Positions 35,952-44,955 of a stretch of 64,000 nucleotides of DNA are shown here, piece by piece. The notes beneath the pieces are model-generated. The model worked only from the letters and a program-made list of their open reading frames with translations, made no database searches and was not told where the DNA came from. Position 1 is the first letter of the stretch, and the number at the start of each line of letters is the position of its first letter. The position numbers were made by a program, and so were the translations under genes. The DNA comes from a virus: IMG/VR virus record IMGVR_UViG_3300043313_001099, positions 1 through 64,000 of that record; one strand, written 5' to 3'.

Positions 35952-37478
35952 TCAGACCGGCGAAATGCCGAAGTCGTCGTCTGTGTCGTCCTCCTGGAGC
36001 GTCCCGTCGATGAGGGGGTCGAGGAGGATGCGGGCCAAGCCCTGGCTGAGGGTGTCCACTTGGTCGTCGTTGGCGGACCGGGGGAAGGCTGCGGCCTCGT
36101 TGATCAGGCCATCCACCCAGGGGGCCAGCTCCACGTCCGGCAGCCACACGTTCCCGGCCTGAACGAACGGGGAGACCGCGCGGGCCCTCGCCAGCTTGGA
36201 GCCCTCCGGCTCCACGGCGATCAGGCCGGAGACGCGGCGGCGGAGGGAGTTGATGACGGCCGGCCCGTTGGCCTTGTCCTCGATGTAGATGGCGAGGGCC
36301 TGCGGCCAGAGCGCCCGGACGCCGCGCACAGCCTGCACGGTGTCGGTGAACGACAGGCGACCGCGCACCTGGTGGAGGAGGTAGGCGTCGGCTCCGCGCC
36401 GGCCCCACACCTGCCCCACCACGAAGTCGGTCGACTCGGAGTCCTTGAACGCCATGTCCCAGGACTGGCAGATCTCATCGAAGCCGAGCCCCATGCGGGA
36501 GCCGTCCGCGCGCTCAATCCACTGCGCGGCGGTGTAGAACTTCCACCATTCCCGCTTGAACACGTCGCCGGAGTCGGGTGCGGGTGCGCCCTGGTACAGG
36601 GCGGTGAACACGCGCTCCCCAACGTCCTTGCGGATCTGCTCCCACTGCTGGACGGTGCGGCCCCGGGCGGACACCATCCACTCGCCAGGCTGCCGGCCGA
36701 GGGGGTCGGTCTGCCCTTTCTCCGGCCGGTGGTTGGCCTGCGCGGGGATGTTGATGAGCCGCCACTGGGAGTCGTCTTCCGCGAGCAGGCGGCCGGCGAG
36801 GTCGTCCTCGTGCCAGCGGGTCAGGATGATGATGACCGGCGCGCCGGGCGCGAGGCGGGTACGGGCAACGTTGGTCCACCAGTCCCACACGTTGTCGCGG
36901 TACGTCGCGGAGTCGGCCTGCTTCCTGTCCTTGATCGGGTCATCGATGATCAGGACATCAACGGCGCGGCCGGTGAGCGCGCCGCCGATGCCGGTGCAGT
37001 ACACGCCACCCCGGGAGCCGTTGAGCTGCCATTCCTGCGCGGCCGACGTGTCCGGCCGGACGGTCAGGCCGAGGGTCGGGTGTTCCGCGATGTCGTTCCG
37101 GATCGCACGCCCCCAGCGGCGGGCCACGCCGTGCTCGTAGGAGGCGATGGCGATGCGGAGCTCCGGGTTGCGGATGAGGAGCCACAGCGGCGTGCGCCGG
37201 GAGACCCGCTCCGACTTACCCTCCTGCGGCCCCATGGTGATGATGAGGCGCTCGCAGCGGCCCTCAGCTACGTCCACCAGGGCGGAGTCGATCAGGTCGA
37301 GGGCGGGGGTCTGGACGGTTCCGGCGTCGATCTCCTTGGCGAGGAGACCGGGGCTGGTGAACTTCTGCCGGGTGGCTTCACGGACCTTCGCTGCCAGCTT
37401 GTCCCGCAGGCGCTCTTTCTCCGCCACCTGCCAGTCGCGCCAGGAGGTCCTCGATCTCTTGGTCGAGGGAGTCGACAT
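35952..37478 (-). CDS. terL: Terminase large subunit
   Basis: GPQEGKS Walker A, LIIDDP Walker B, TRWHEDD, SWD, IEDKANG, DDQVD nuclease motifs. Confidence 0.95.
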   Translation of the reverse strand: MSTPSTKRSRTSWRDWQVAEKERLRDKLAAKVREATRQKFTSPGLLAKEIDAGTVQTPALDLIDSALVDVAEGRCERLIITMGPQEGKSERVSRRTPLWLLIRNPELRIAIASYEHGVARRWGRAIRNDIAEHPTLGLTVRPDTSAAQEWQLNGSRGGVYCTGIGGALTGRAVDVLIIDDPIKDRKQADSATYRDNVWDWWTNVARTRLAPGAPVIIILTRWHEDDLAGRLLAEDDSQWRLINIPAQANHRPEKGQTDPLGRQPGEWMVSARGRTVQQWEQIRKDVGERVFTALYQGAPAPDSGDVFKREWWKFYTAAQWIERADGSRMGLGFDEICQSWDMAFKDSESTDFVVGQVWGRRGADAYLLHQVRGRLSFTDTVQAVRGVRALWPQALAIYIEDKANGPAVINSLRRRVSGLIAVEPEGSKLARARAVSPFVQAGNVWLPDVELAPWVDGLINEAAAFPRSANDDQVDTLSQGLARILLDPLIDGTLQEDDTDDDFGISPV

Positions 37479-37896
37479 GCTCCACCTCCGCACGGACCCG
37501 CGTGGGCTGGTCCAGGCCGAGGAGCTTCGCCCGCCGTTCGCTGATCTTCAGGAGCGAGTCGATGGCCTTGAGGACCACTCCGTCATCGATGAGCGGCTTG
37601 CCGTCCTCCGGGTTGACGGCGATCTTGCCGGCGGCCGTGACGTGGACGTGCTTCTCATAGAGGACGCGCCAGGCGGAACGGGCCATCTCATCCAGGCGCT
37701 CGGCCTCCATCTGCCGGAGCTCATTGGCGGGCTCCAGGAGCATGTCGGCCAGTCCGCGCGCCACTGCCTCGTGAGCGGAGGCGACGGACCGGAACCCCAT
37801 CTGTGCGGCGATCTGCCGGTACGTGAGGTTGCGGCGGCGCAGGTCGACCGCCTGCGCGTCCTTCTGGATCTGTGCGACGGTGCGGCCCCGACTCAT
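37378..37896 (-). CDS. terS: Terminase small subunit
   Basis: HTH TYRQIA.QMG; RRAKLLGLD motif; overlaps the terL start. Confidence 0.85.
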   Translation of the reverse strand: MSRGRTVAQIQKDAQAVDLRRRNLTYRQIAAQMGFRSVASAHEAVARGLADMLLEPANELRQMEAERLDEMARSAWRVLYEKHVHVTAAGKIAVNPEDGKPLIDDGVVLKAIDSLLKISERRAKLLGLDQPTRVRAEVEHVDSLDQEIEDLLARLAGGGERAPAGQAGSEGP

Positions 37897-39329
37897 CCCC
37901 CGGTCCCCCTCTCGGCGTTCAGGCGGAGGAGGAGATCTCGCAGCTCGCCGTGCCGGTCGTGCCGGTAGCCGCCGGGGTACTCCATGTTGAGCTCCGCGTC
38001 CAGGGCCTCACGAAGCGTGGACTCCGGGAGCGACCGGGGCCGGCGGCAGACTGCCTGGATCGTGGAGGCGCTCGCCGCGAGGCTCAGCGACACGTCGTGG
38101 AAGTAGCGGTCAAGGAGCTCACGGAGTCCCTCGACGGTGTGGAAGTGTTGCAGGGTCCAGACGCCGGAGCGGAACGACGCGGAGAAAGCGTCCGGGTCGA
38201 GGAACTCGATGCGCCGTGCCCCGGCCGCCCTCATGTACGTCGAGTTGCTGTGCATCTGCGTGAACGCCCGATTCCGGGTGGCCGCGTAGAACGTGCCATC
38301 GGCGGCCGTGAGGGCGTTGCAGGACGCCAGCACCCACTCCTCGAACTGGAGCGAGGTCAGGGAGTTGAGCACGGAGTCCAGTACGACGTGCTGGTACAGG
38401 CCGTGGGCCTGGACGTCGGCCGCGATGTTGAGGAGCTGCCGGACGACGGCGCGCACGCTGATGCCGCGCGCACCGGCGGGCTGGAGATGCGGCTCGTAGG
38501 CGAAGGCGCGGTGCCCGGCGGCCAGGAGGCGGGCCACGTAGTCGCCGTGGCCGGCCCCGAAGTCAACGAGGCGCTCCCCGGGCTTGATGGCCGGGAGGAT
38601 GTACCCCTCGTACAGGGTGGATTTCTGGTCGCGGGACTTCGCGCCTCGGGCCTCGTCACGGCGGAGCCGGTTCATCTGGCAGAGGAGCTGGTTGTACGGC
38701 TTCACGCCTAGGGCGGTGTAGTCGTACACCCCGTAGTCGCGGGCCAGGGCGTCCAGGAAGCCCTGCACGTCTCCGGCGGGGAGGGTGTACGCCAGGACGG
38801 GTACGCGGGCCAGCTTGGCGGCCAGGGCGTAGTCGGCGTTGAGGATGATCCGGCCGTCGGGGTCGGCCACGACGGAGCCCCAGGGTCCGTACTGGACGAT
38901 CAGCTTCACGATCTCGCGGACGATCATGTTGCTGGACTTCCCGGTCACGTCGCCGTGCTCCACGGTGGAGTAGCCCACGGATAGGCCGGCGGGGATGTGG
39001 GCGGTGCCGCGTCCGGTCTCCACCGAATTGTGGAACAGGTTGAAACGGATCTCGTCGTGGAGCCGCACCTTGCGGGAGAGCAGGATGGCGGGGGTTGTGG
39101 CGACGCCGTTGGCCTTGAGGGCGCGGGTCCGCTGGTGCCCGGCAACCAACGTGCCGTCCGCGTTCAGGATGACCGGCTTGCACATGCCGTACCTGCTGAT
39201 CGACTCCCGGAGCGCGGCGAAGGCGTCGGGGGTGATGCGGCGCGGGTTGTATGAGGCGGGCTGGAGCAACTCGACGGGGAACGCCGGGTCGAATCGGATC
39301 TCAGTCTGCGCGGAGAGGGAGGCGGTCAC
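37893..39329 (-). CDS. ParB-like (two domains) plus SAM-dependent methyltransferase fusion
   Basis: YNPR, KPVILN.DGTLVAGHQR; second degenerate ParB-like unit; LVDFGAGHG, AYEP, VVLDSVLN. Confidence 0.8.
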   Translation of the reverse strand: MTASLSAQTEIRFDPAFPVELLQPASYNPRRITPDAFAALRESISRYGMCKPVILNADGTLVAGHQRTRALKANGVATTPAILLSRKVRLHDEIRFNLFHNSVETGRGTAHIPAGLSVGYSTVEHGDVTGKSSNMIVREIVKLIVQYGPWGSVVADPDGRIILNADYALAAKLARVPVLAYTLPAGDVQGFLDALARDYGVYDYTALGVKPYNQLLCQMNRLRRDEARGAKSRDQKSTLYEGYILPAIKPGERLVDFGAGHGDYVARLLAAGHRAFAYEPHLQPAGARGISVRAVVRQLLNIAADVQAHGLYQHVVLDSVLNSLTSLQFEEWVLASCNALTAADGTFYAATRNRAFTQMHSNSTYMRAAGARRIEFLDPDAFSASFRSGVWTLQHFHTVEGLRELLDRYFHDVSLSLAASASTIQAVCRRPRSLPESTLREALDAELNMEYPGGYRHDRHGELRDLLLRLNAERGTGG

Positions 39330-40117
39330 ATCGGCCGCCCTTCGCTGAGCCAGAGGAGGAAGCCCCAGTCCGTCGTGTGCTCGTGGAGGTACCAGCGGTA
39401 GCGGACCAGAAGGGCCTCGATCTCCTGGTCCGTGATGCGCAGGTTCATCTTGCCGATGCGGACCACGGTCGTCGTGTCGCCGGACGCGCCCTCGGACTGC
39501 TGCCGTTCGGGGGCGGCGAAGGCGGGCACGCCGGCCAGCTCCGGGTCGTCGTCAGCAGCCGGCGCGGCCGGGCCTGCGCCAGGCATGGGGGCCGGCTGGC
39601 CGGGGACCGGGGCGGGCGGGGTGGCCGGGGAGGCCGGCGCGGCTTCACGCGGGTCTGGGTCGCCCCAGCCGGCGTCATCCTGGCCCCGGTACAGGGCGCG
39701 GTGCGCCTCTGCCTCGTCGGCCGCCAGGAGCGCGGTCACGTCCTCCCCGGTGTACCCGGTTGCCGCGAAGTCGTCCGCGTCCCGGAGGAGCGCAACGAGG
39801 GCGGCGGTGTCGTAGTCAGCGAGGTCGGAGGAGCGGTTGTCAACCAGGGCGATGCGCTTGGCCTCAGCGTCGGTGCAGGTGATGACCTCGCAGCGGGCGG
39901 TGGTGGCGCGGCCGAGCTCGCAGATGGCCTGGTACGTGTTGTTGCCGACGAGGATGACCAGCGCGTCCCCGGTGTCCCGGACGGTGAGCGCCCGGTACTG
40001 CCCGTTGGCCGTGAGGCTGGCCTTGATGACGGGGATGTCGCCGCGTCGGGCGTTGCCGGGGAGCTGTGTGAGCTGGTCGAGGGGGATCTCGCGGGTCTCG
40101 ACGTAGATGGCGGCCAT
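39326..40117 (-). CDS. ParB/Srx-like N-terminal domain protein
   Basis: PGNARRGD...I.ASL..NGQY, ILVGN, RIALVDNR. Confidence 0.8.
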   Translation of the reverse strand: MAAIYVETREIPLDQLTQLPGNARRGDIPVIKASLTANGQYRALTVRDTGDALVILVGNNTYQAICELGRATTARCEVITCTDAEAKRIALVDNRSSDLADYDTAALVALLRDADDFAATGYTGEDVTALLAADEAEAHRALYRGQDDAGWGDPDPREAAPASPATPPAPVPGQPAPMPGAGPAAPAADDDPELAGVPAFAAPERQQSEGASGDTTTVVRIGKMNLRITDQEIEALLVRYRWYLHEHTTDWGFLLWLSEGRPM

Positions 40118-40145
40118 GCTGCGTACCTTCCATGCAGATCAGGAG

Positions 40146-40187
40146 TTGACACGAGGTTACCCGTGCGCGTAACCTTAGGGATGTAAG
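40146..40187 (+). promoter_or_regulatory. Repeat promoter P3
   Basis: TTGACA cgaggttacccgtgcgcg TAACCT tagggat GTAAG; internal inverted repeat AGGTTAC-N8-GTAACCT. Confidence 0.85.
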
Positions 40188-40219
40188 CGAGTTACCCCGA
40201 CAGGAAAGCAGGCACCGGC

Positions 40220-40414
40220 ATGGGACGAAGCAACTACGGCGCGCAGGGCACCCTCTCCGCCTCCGGCATCAAGTGGACCGTCAGCCTCCGGGACACGACG
40301 ATCACCGTGACCGCCAGCGGCAGCCCGGACTCGACCTCCATGTACTGGACCCCCAACGACGCCTACACGGCATACACCCACCTGGTGACCGCGCTCACCA
40401 ACGTCAGCGAGTAG
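40220..40414 (+). CDS. Small hypothetical protein
   Basis: Downstream of P3 and a CCCCGACAGGA motif. Confidence 0.6.
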   Translation: MGRSNYGAQGTLSASGIKWTVSLRDTTITVTASGSPDSTSMYWTPNDAYTAYTHLVTALTNVSE

Positions 40415-40417
40415 GCC

Positions 40418-40636
40418 ATGACCACGGAGCCCCTCAACTGGCGCGTCAAGTCCGGCCACCTGGTCGACGGGATGGTCCGCTGGACTGTCATCATCGACGG
40501 CTGCTCCCTCACCATCGAGGAGGAGGGTGACCCGGTGACCGGGTACGACGAGATCACCCACTATTACGACACGCCGGAGGATGCCGACCGGGCGGGTGCT
40601 CGCGTTGCGGCCAGCCTGGAGGCGCGGAGCGTGTAG
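40418..40636 (+). CDS. Small acidic hypothetical protein
   Basis: Second gene of the P3 cassette. Confidence 0.6.
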   Translation: MTTEPLNWRVKSGHLVDGMVRWTVIIDGCSLTIEEEGDPVTGYDEITHYYDTPEDADRAGARVAASLEARSV

Positions 40637-40651
40637 CCGCCCAGCCAGTAC

Positions 40652-40694
40652 GACCACGCCGGCCCCTGGATCGCACCCAGGGGCCGGCGTGGTC
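40652..40694. terminator. Hairpin terminator between convergent genes
   Basis: GACCACGCCGGCCCCTGG/CCAGGGGCCGGCGTGGTC 18-bp perfect stem. Confidence 0.8.
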
Positions 40695-40865
40695 TGTCGG
40701 GGGATGGAAGTGTGGGCGCGGGCTGCCGGACTCCCCGAGGGGGTCAGGTCTGAGCTCCGCGCAGTAGCGGGCGTCCGACTCGAACGGCGTTTCCGGGTGC
40801 ATGATCCCGGCGTGGTTCCACTCCACTACGCCCGCGCTGGACCGGCAGAGGCCGGCCCGGGTCGA

Positions 40866-41210
40866 TCAGGTACCCACCTTGGGGGACGCGGCGTGGTCGG
40901 CGGAGGTGGCGGACACCCAGTGGAACTCGCCGTTCGGGCCCACGGGCCGGTGCTGGCCGCAGCCGGTGCAGTAGGTGGCCCCGTAGAACTTGGGGTCACG
41001 GGCGTACGTCTCGGCCAGCCCGACGCCCATGGTGGTCACCGTTCCGCAGGGCTGGTGCCAGTAGGAGCGGCGCACGGGGCGGATGAAGCCCTTCGCGCGC
41101 TCCTCCTCGGAGAGCACCAGGTACACCTCAGCCTGTGGGCGGGCCGGGGCGTCGGCCGGGTCAACGCCGTGCGTGAGGCGCGGGTCGGTCGGGTCGTCGG
41201 TGAGGCTCAA
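40866..41210 (-). CDS. Putative Zn-binding phage protein
   Basis: YLVLSEEER.KGF.RPVR..Y.H..CG, ETYARDP.FY..TYC..C. Confidence 0.75.
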   Translation of the reverse strand: MSLTDDPTDPRLTHGVDPADAPARPQAEVYLVLSEEERAKGFIRPVRRSYWHQPCGTVTTMGVGLAETYARDPKFYGATYCTGCGQHRPVGPNGEFHWVSATSADHAASPKVGT

Positions 41211-41429
41211 TGCGCAGTCCTTTCCTGGAGGGCGGGGCGGCGCGGCTGTCCCACGAGGAGCTCGTCCAGGAGGCGGGTGAGGGCGCGGCGCAGGGACTCC
41301 ACGGCGGCCACCACCCTCCGGACATGGCGAGAGCCCGGCTGGCGGGCCGGGCTCTCGTAGTCACTGTGTGGGGCGCGATGGGTACAGTGCGCCTGCTGCG
41401 TCAGACGGTACAGCCCCACCGCCAGTCGA

Positions 41430-41828
41430 TCAAGTCCGGGTGAGTTCTCCGGCGCGTCGGGCGGCCAGGATCCGCACGATGGCCTTGACCTCCCCCACGT
41501 AGAACGCCGGGCGGTTGTCGGGGGTGAGGCCGCGCACCAGCAGGTGAACGCGGGTGGAGCCATCCGGCCCGATGACGCCTCGGCGTCGCCAGGACCGGAT
41601 GGTCTCCTCCTCTACGCCCGCCAGTTCGGCGGCGTCGGCGGTGCTGACGAGATCCTCGTCCGCATGGATGACCTGTCGGGGGATCAGCCATGTTTCACCC
41701 AGGGCCACGATGTGCCGGTCCAGTACGGCGCAGGTCTCAGGGTCAACGATCTGTAGCTGGTTCCGGTACAGCCGTGCTACTGACCGTGCGATGTTGACCT
41801 TGGTTCCACTACCGCCAGATTCGGACAC
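41430..41828 (-). CDS. HTH DNA-binding protein
   Basis: VSTADAAELAGVEEETIRSWRRRG. Confidence 0.65.
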   Translation of the reverse strand: MSESGGSGTKVNIARSVARLYRNQLQIVDPETCAVLDRHIVALGETWLIPRQVIHADEDLVSTADAAELAGVEEETIRSWRRRGVIGPDGSTRVHLLVRGLTPDNRPAFYVGEVKAIVRILAARRAGELTRT

Positions 41829-42239
41829 TTGGCCCCCGCCTTAGTGGTCTCTGTGATCACTCAGGCACCTCACTGTAACTTTCTACCCGCGCGTAACAAG
41901 CCTGTCATCTGGGCGACTTCTGGTGCCCAGTTGTAGAGAGCTAACGAACCTTTGGGCGGGCAGGTCAGACCGGGCGGTTAGTACAAGCGTTCGATACGGC
42001 GGAGGCGATATCTGAGCGTGACCACGACGCCTATCGAAGTATCGGGAGGGGGCGGCACGAGCATTGACCGGTTTCCAGATGATTGCCTGGGGATACCGTC
42101 CGGAAATCAACGGAATCGTCACCCTGGCCGGCCCGGCGCAGCGGAGCAGATCCGAACGGCCGGGTCCGCCCCCGAGGCCGAGCAAGACCGCAGAGAGGTT
42201 ACCGGCCGTTCAGTAGTGTTCTAAAACGGCAGGGCCCGA

Positions 42240-42824
42240 TTAGCCCTTTACCGCCTCGGCGCGGCCCAGTGCGCGGTAGACCGTGGAGCGAGCCACCCCG
42301 AACAACTCCGCAAGATCCGTCGATGTGTGTGCCCCCTCCTCGTGGAGCTTGACGAGGTGCGCCTCCTGTGCGGGGTTCAGCTTGGGGCGCTTCCCCCGCA
42401 GCCTCCCCTTGGAGCGGGCCACAGCCATCCCCTCCCGGGTGCGGAGCCGGATGAGGTCGAGCTCGAACTCCGCGAAGGTGGCCAGGATGTTGAAGAACAT
42501 CTTGCCCATGGGGTCGGCCGGGTCGTAGATGGAGCCTCCGAGGGAGAGTCGGACGCCCCGGGCGGTGAGGGAGTCTCCGATGTCGCGGGCGTCCGGTACG
42601 GAGCGGGCCAGGCGGTCCAGCTTGGGCACGACGAGGGTGTCTCCGGCGCGGCAGGCGGCGAGCGCTTCGCGGAGGCCGGGGCGTTCGCGGTTGGCTCCGG
42701 TGAGTCCGTGGTCGAGGTAGATGCGCTCCGCGTCCACGCCGAGCGCAGTGAGGGCGTCTCGCTGAGCGGTGAGGTCCTGTTCGTCGGTGGAGCATCGGGC
42801 GTACCCGATGAGAAGTCCGGCCAT
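42240..42824 (-). CDS. Small serine recombinase (resolvase) with C-terminal HTH (start ATG 42824)
   Basis: IGYARCST, GDTLVV.KLDRLARS, AEFE..LIR.RT.EG; leaderless, TACACT 7 nt upstream. Confidence 0.95.
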   Translation of the reverse strand: MAGLLIGYARCSTDEQDLTAQRDALTALGVDAERIYLDHGLTGANRERPGLREALAACRAGDTLVVPKLDRLARSVPDARDIGDSLTARGVRLSLGGSIYDPADPMGKMFFNILATFAEFELDLIRLRTREGMAVARSKGRLRGKRPKLNPAQEAHLVKLHEEGAHTSTDLAELFGVARSTVYRALGRAEAVKG

Positions 42825-42829
42825 GCCGA

Positions 42830-42960
42830 TCAGTGTACCGTTTAGCGCCCCCTGACCGGGCATATTTGGGGGCGGGTCTTACGGGACAGGGCCGACCAGG
42901 GCAGACGCCTCCCGGGCCACCCGGGCGAAGGTGTCCCGGTAGCCGATCCCCTTACGGACA
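42830..42960. promoter_or_regulatory. res-like multi-subsite resolution site overlapping the resolvase promoter
   Basis: TTACGGGACA 42879, TGTCCCGGTAG 42932, TTACGGACA 42952 (imperfect inverted half-sites). Confidence 0.6.
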
Positions 42961-43036
42961 CCCTCTGGCGGGCACGGAGAAGCCCCGGAGAGCTCGCTCA
43001 CCCGGGGCCTCGGCCGTCCTGCACCACTCGGCCCGC

Positions 43037-43753
43037 CTACATCGCCTCGGTCCACTCCACGCGCTCCCCTTCCACCGTGGCCGCGTGGACCTCTCCGGCG
43101 TGCCCGGCCAGCCCTGCACACCACGCCACCTCGATCCGGCCGCGCACCGAGTAGTCCCCCCGGGAGTTCGGCAGCTCGTACTGGACCAGCTTCAACCGGC
43201 CGAGGTCAACCACGGCCGGGCAGAGGCCGGCCTGACGCCGGAGCTCCCCCGTGCTCGCCAGCTCCGCCTGGAACGCGGCCGTCACCCGCGACACCACAGC
43301 GCGGTACGGCGACTCCAGCTCCCCCCAGTCGTTCGGCACGGATTGTTCGGTGAACAGGCCCGCCCTGACCGGGATCTTCCTCGGGGTCTCCCAGTCGGCT
43401 CCGAGGGCGAGGGAGTTGAGGCCGGGGAAGGCGGCCCGGAAGGCGGCCGGCAGGAGATCCAGGGAAACGCGGGCGTAGGCGTCCGAGCGGTCCAGGGCGG
43501 CCCGGAGTTCGTCGGCGGTCGGGGCCGGGCTGGTCCGGTTCCACACCTCCCAGGCGCGTACCACGTCGGGGAAGGCGCGGCGGAGGGCGGCCAGGTTCTC
43601 CGGCGTGCTCTGTGCCTTGACGATGAGCCGGAGCAGGTTCCCGGTGAACGAGTCCTCCGAGCCCCCGAGGAACAGTGCGAGGTCTCCGAGGCCGGTCATG
43701 GGTTCCGTGGAGCCGGGCAGGCCGGCGCGTACCCAGGGTGTGCGGTCAGACAC
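43037..43753 (-). CDS. Hypothetical protein (start GTG 43753)
   Basis: AGGAAGG RBS; overlaps the upstream stop. Confidence 0.6.
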   Translation of the reverse strand: MSDRTPWVRAGLPGSTEPMTGLGDLALFLGGSEDSFTGNLLRLIVKAQSTPENLAALRRAFPDVVRAWEVWNRTSPAPTADELRAALDRSDAYARVSLDLLPAAFRAAFPGLNSLALGADWETPRKIPVRAGLFTEQSVPNDWGELESPYRAVVSRVTAAFQAELASTGELRRQAGLCPAVVDLGRLKLVQYELPNSRGDYSVRGRIEVAWCAGLAGHAGEVHAATVEGERVEWTEAM

Positions 43754-44246
43754 GGGGGCGGTCCTTCCTCGTAGGGCTGTTGTACCGGGGCGGGCTGGTC
43801 GGGTAGATGTCCCGGCCGGTGGCGCGGGCGGCCCGCTCCACGATCCGGGCGGCGTGGTCCTCCCCTTCGCCCGGGGGCACCAGGGGGATGTTGAAGGGCG
43901 GCGTACCGAGGAGGGTGACGAGGACCTCTCCCGGGTTGACCTGTGTGGAGATGTTGGGCGGCAGGGTGCGCTGCTGGCTGGAGTTGGCGGCGTACAGGGC
44001 GTCGGAGAGGAGGAGGCAGGGCGCGGCGGCAGTCCGCACGGTACGGAGGCCGTGGCCGTAGCGGGGACGGTCAAGGCGGAGCGCCTCCTCCCATCCGTTC
44101 AGGGGCTCCCGGAGGGTGCGGAGGATGCCGCGCTGGAGGCAGTCGTGGAAGCCGGCCACCTGGACGAGGGAGGGGCCGGCGAGTAGGAAGTACTGCACCG
44201 TCCACCAGTCGGCGGCGGTAGCGGCCTCCCAGGTGCCGTCGCTCAT
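43746..44246 (-). CDS. Hypothetical protein
   Basis: ATGA coupling. Confidence 0.6.
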   Translation of the reverse strand: MSDGTWEAATAADWWTVQYFLLAGPSLVQVAGFHDCLQRGILRTLREPLNGWEEALRLDRPRYGHGLRTVRTAAAPCLLLSDALYAANSSQQRTLPPNISTQVNPGEVLVTLLGTPPFNIPLVPPGEGEDHAARIVERAARATGRDIYPTSPPRYNSPTRKDRPRV

Positions 44247-44680
44247 GAGCCGGCACCGGCCCGGCGGGCCAGGGCGGCGGCGGCGAGGAGGGAGCGGCCG
44301 GCGTCCCGGGCTTCCGCTGCGGAGAGGGCAACCGGGTGCCCCCCGGCTGCGGTGTCCAGGTGGATGTGGTCGCCGTGCAGGCGGTAGTTCAGCACTCCGC
44401 CCTGGACCATCATGTCCATGCTGTACCCCTCGTAGTCCGTGAGATCACCGACCTGAGTGCCGGGCCCGACGCCGAGGTGCGCCCGGAAGGCGGCCAGGTC
44501 CTCCGCGAGCTCCTCGGCAGCGGCGGCACAGGCCAGGCCGGCGGCCATGACCACATCCAGGTCCGGGTAGTCCTCGGCGTGGTTGTACGCATCCGCGAGC
44601 TCCCGGAGGGCGGCGATGCGGGCGGCGACGTTGCCGCTCTGCGGCGGGGGCGGGGCGGGGCGAGTGTTGTTGCTGGTCAT
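44243..44680 (-). CDS. Hypothetical protein (start ATG 44680)
   Basis: GAGGAG RBS. Confidence 0.65.
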   Translation of the reverse strand: MTSNNTRPAPPPPQSGNVAARIAALRELADAYNHAEDYPDLDVVMAAGLACAAAAEELAEDLAAFRAHLGVGPGTQVGDLTDYEGYSMDMMVQGGVLNYRLHGDHIHLDTAAGGHPVALSAAEARDAGRSLLAAAALARRAGAGS

Positions 44681-44701
44681 GCGGTGGCTCCTCGGTCGGG
44701 T

Positions 44702-44750
44702 ATGGCAATTTGCCATCGGTTTGCTATCCGCTTGCCATCGGGTTTGCTAC
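44702..44750 (+). repeat. Heptad array A1
   Basis: ATGGCAA-T-TTGCCAT, then TTGCTAT 44721, TTGCCAT 44732, TTGCTAC 44744. Confidence 0.9.
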
Positions 44751-44944
44751 GCGCCGGTCTGTCCGACTGTGGGCCAGGTGATCCACGGGCTGATCGGCCG
44801 GGGCGGGAGGGTGGTACGGACCCACAGAGGTTCGCGGGGGGCGTCGCCGGCCTCGATCCGTTCGGCCAGCTCAGCAAGGGTGCGTGCTTGCAGAGGAGCC
44901 GCGCGGTATGGCAATTTGCCATCGCCTTGCCATGTGGTTGTCAT
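44747..44944 (-). CDS. Small hypothetical protein flanked by arrays A1 and A2
   Basis: ATGA coupling to the upstream gene. Confidence 0.45.
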   Translation of the reverse strand: MTTTWQGDGKLPYRAAPLQARTLAELAERIEAGDAPREPLWVRTTLPPRPISPWITWPTVGQTGA

Positions 44945-44955
44945 TGCCTTGCCAT
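44908..44955 (+). repeat. Heptad array A2
   Basis: ATGGCAA-T-TTGCCAT, then TTGCCAT 44927, TTGTCAT 44938, TTGCCAT 44949. Confidence 0.9.

Noticed and set aside
37893-40117. ParB-like genes as the partition system binding the heptad arrays
   Set aside because: No HTH DNA-binding domain or adjacent ParA recognised; the terminase-linked context fits DNA modification better
40168-40195. CGTAAC in several repeat promoters as a BldN-type -35 box
   Set aside because: In the copies checked (P3, P10) no CGTTGA-like -10 lies 16 bp downstream; the TTGACA-N17/18-TAACNT reading fits the whole family
41161-41430. Possible small ORF between 41210 and 41430
   Set aside because: Several overlapping frames, none with a clear start, RBS or motif; left unannotated
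42240-42824. Serine recombinase as the phage integrase or a tail-fibre invertase
   Set aside because: Only 194 aa with a C-terminal HTH (no large recombinase/Zn-ribbon domain) and far from the tail genes, with no inverted crossover sites seen
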